Of a DNA stretch of 64,000 bases, positions 63,413 to 64,000 are shown piece by piece; within the stretch, counting starts at the first letter, position 1; each line of letters opens with the position of its first letter. Position numbers and translations under genes: made by a program. The DNA is taken from the NCBI GenBank assembly GCA_038143065.1, contig JAYQLI010000035.1, forward strand, positions 768,001 to 832,000, written 5' to 3'. A model generated the notes under the pieces. The model worked only from the letters and a program-made list of their open reading frames with translations, was not told the DNA's origin and did no database searches. The DNA is from Rhodospirillales bacterium (lineage in GTDB: Bacteria; Pseudomonadota; Alphaproteobacteria; Bin95).

Positions 63413-64000
63413 TTAGTTGCGGCGCTGCAGAGAAAATTCTGCAGCTTCGCGCAGTAGATCAGCTTTTGCACCAAATAGGTCTAACTTGGCAACAGCCTGT
63501 TTTACAAGCATCTCAGCGTATTGGCGAGCATTTTCGATCCCCATGACATCTGGCAAGGTACCTTTTCCTTTGTCCGCGTCTTTAGACAGGCGCTTACCGA
63601 CTTCCTCCTCATCACCCTCGATATCGAGAAGATCATCTGCAATCTGAAAAGCCATACCAATATCAAAACCATAACTTAAAAGCGCTGCTCTGCGCTGCTC
63701 TGCACTCTCGGTTAAAATAGCGCCGGCTTCACAGGAAAATGCTATAAGAGCGCCCGTTTTCAGCCGTTGCATCCGAACAATCCAGCCCATATCACGCTCA
63801 GCTGAACCGGCAGAGAGATCAAGAGCCTGACCTCCACACATTCCTAATGCTCCAGAAGCTTGAGCCAGCGCAGCAGAAAGGCGTATTCGCACCTCAGCGT
63901 TTGGGTGTGTTTCAGGCATCGCAAGAATTTGAAATGCATAGGCCTGCAGAGAATCACCAGCCAATATAGCGGTTGCCTCATCAAAAGCCTTATGAACAGT
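63413..64000 (-). CDS. ispA: Polyprenyl (farnesyl/geranyl) diphosphate synthase, 3' part (truncated by the window edge)
   Basis: [29 protein letters not shown]; upstream of dxs. Confidence 0.9.
   Translation of the reverse strand, partial: TVHKAFDEATAILAGDSLQAYAFQILAMPETHPNAEVRIRLSAALAQASGALGMCGGQALDLSAGSAERDMGWIVRMQRLKTGALIAFSCEAGAILTESAEQRRAALLSYGFDIGMAFQIADDLLDIEGDEEEVGKRLSKDADKGKGTLPDVMGIENARQYAEMLVKQAVAKLDLFGAKADLLREAAEFSLQRRN

Overview
Alphaproteobacterial chromosome segment, judged from recA-alaS synteny, GAAC-N7-GAAC LexA boxes, the imuA-imuB-dnaE2 cassette and ispA-dxs-tlyA. It looks like an unpolished long-read assembly: many genes, including essential ones (alaS, coaBC, folE), are split by 1-nt homopolymer indels, so I treat frameshifts as artefacts unless in-frame nonsense codons are present. 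There are three blocks. (i) 1-24.5 kb holds core and catabolic genes: folE, thiolase, alaS, recA, metY, acyl-CoA dehydrogenases with a CoA-transferase, and coaBC-dut-moeB. (ii) ~25.2-49.5 kb is an AT-richer, error-dense surface-polysaccharide island: wza, wzc-like, galU, manB, manC, galE, GT4s, pyruvyltransferase, radical SAM, PhyH-like dioxygenase and a methyltransferase. It has two decayed regulators and, at its distal end, a VTC-domain polyphosphate polymerase / DUF4956 membrane protein / CotH-type kinase triad, which is the most interesting candidate system. (iii) 49.5-64 kb holds glnK (C-terminus lost at the island border), amtB, an amidase with a fused GatC/AtzG-like tail, the SOS mutasome, rlmD-like, tlyA, dxs and ispA. 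Family calls come from recognised motifs and no database searches were run. Coordinates of frameshifted genes are approximate.
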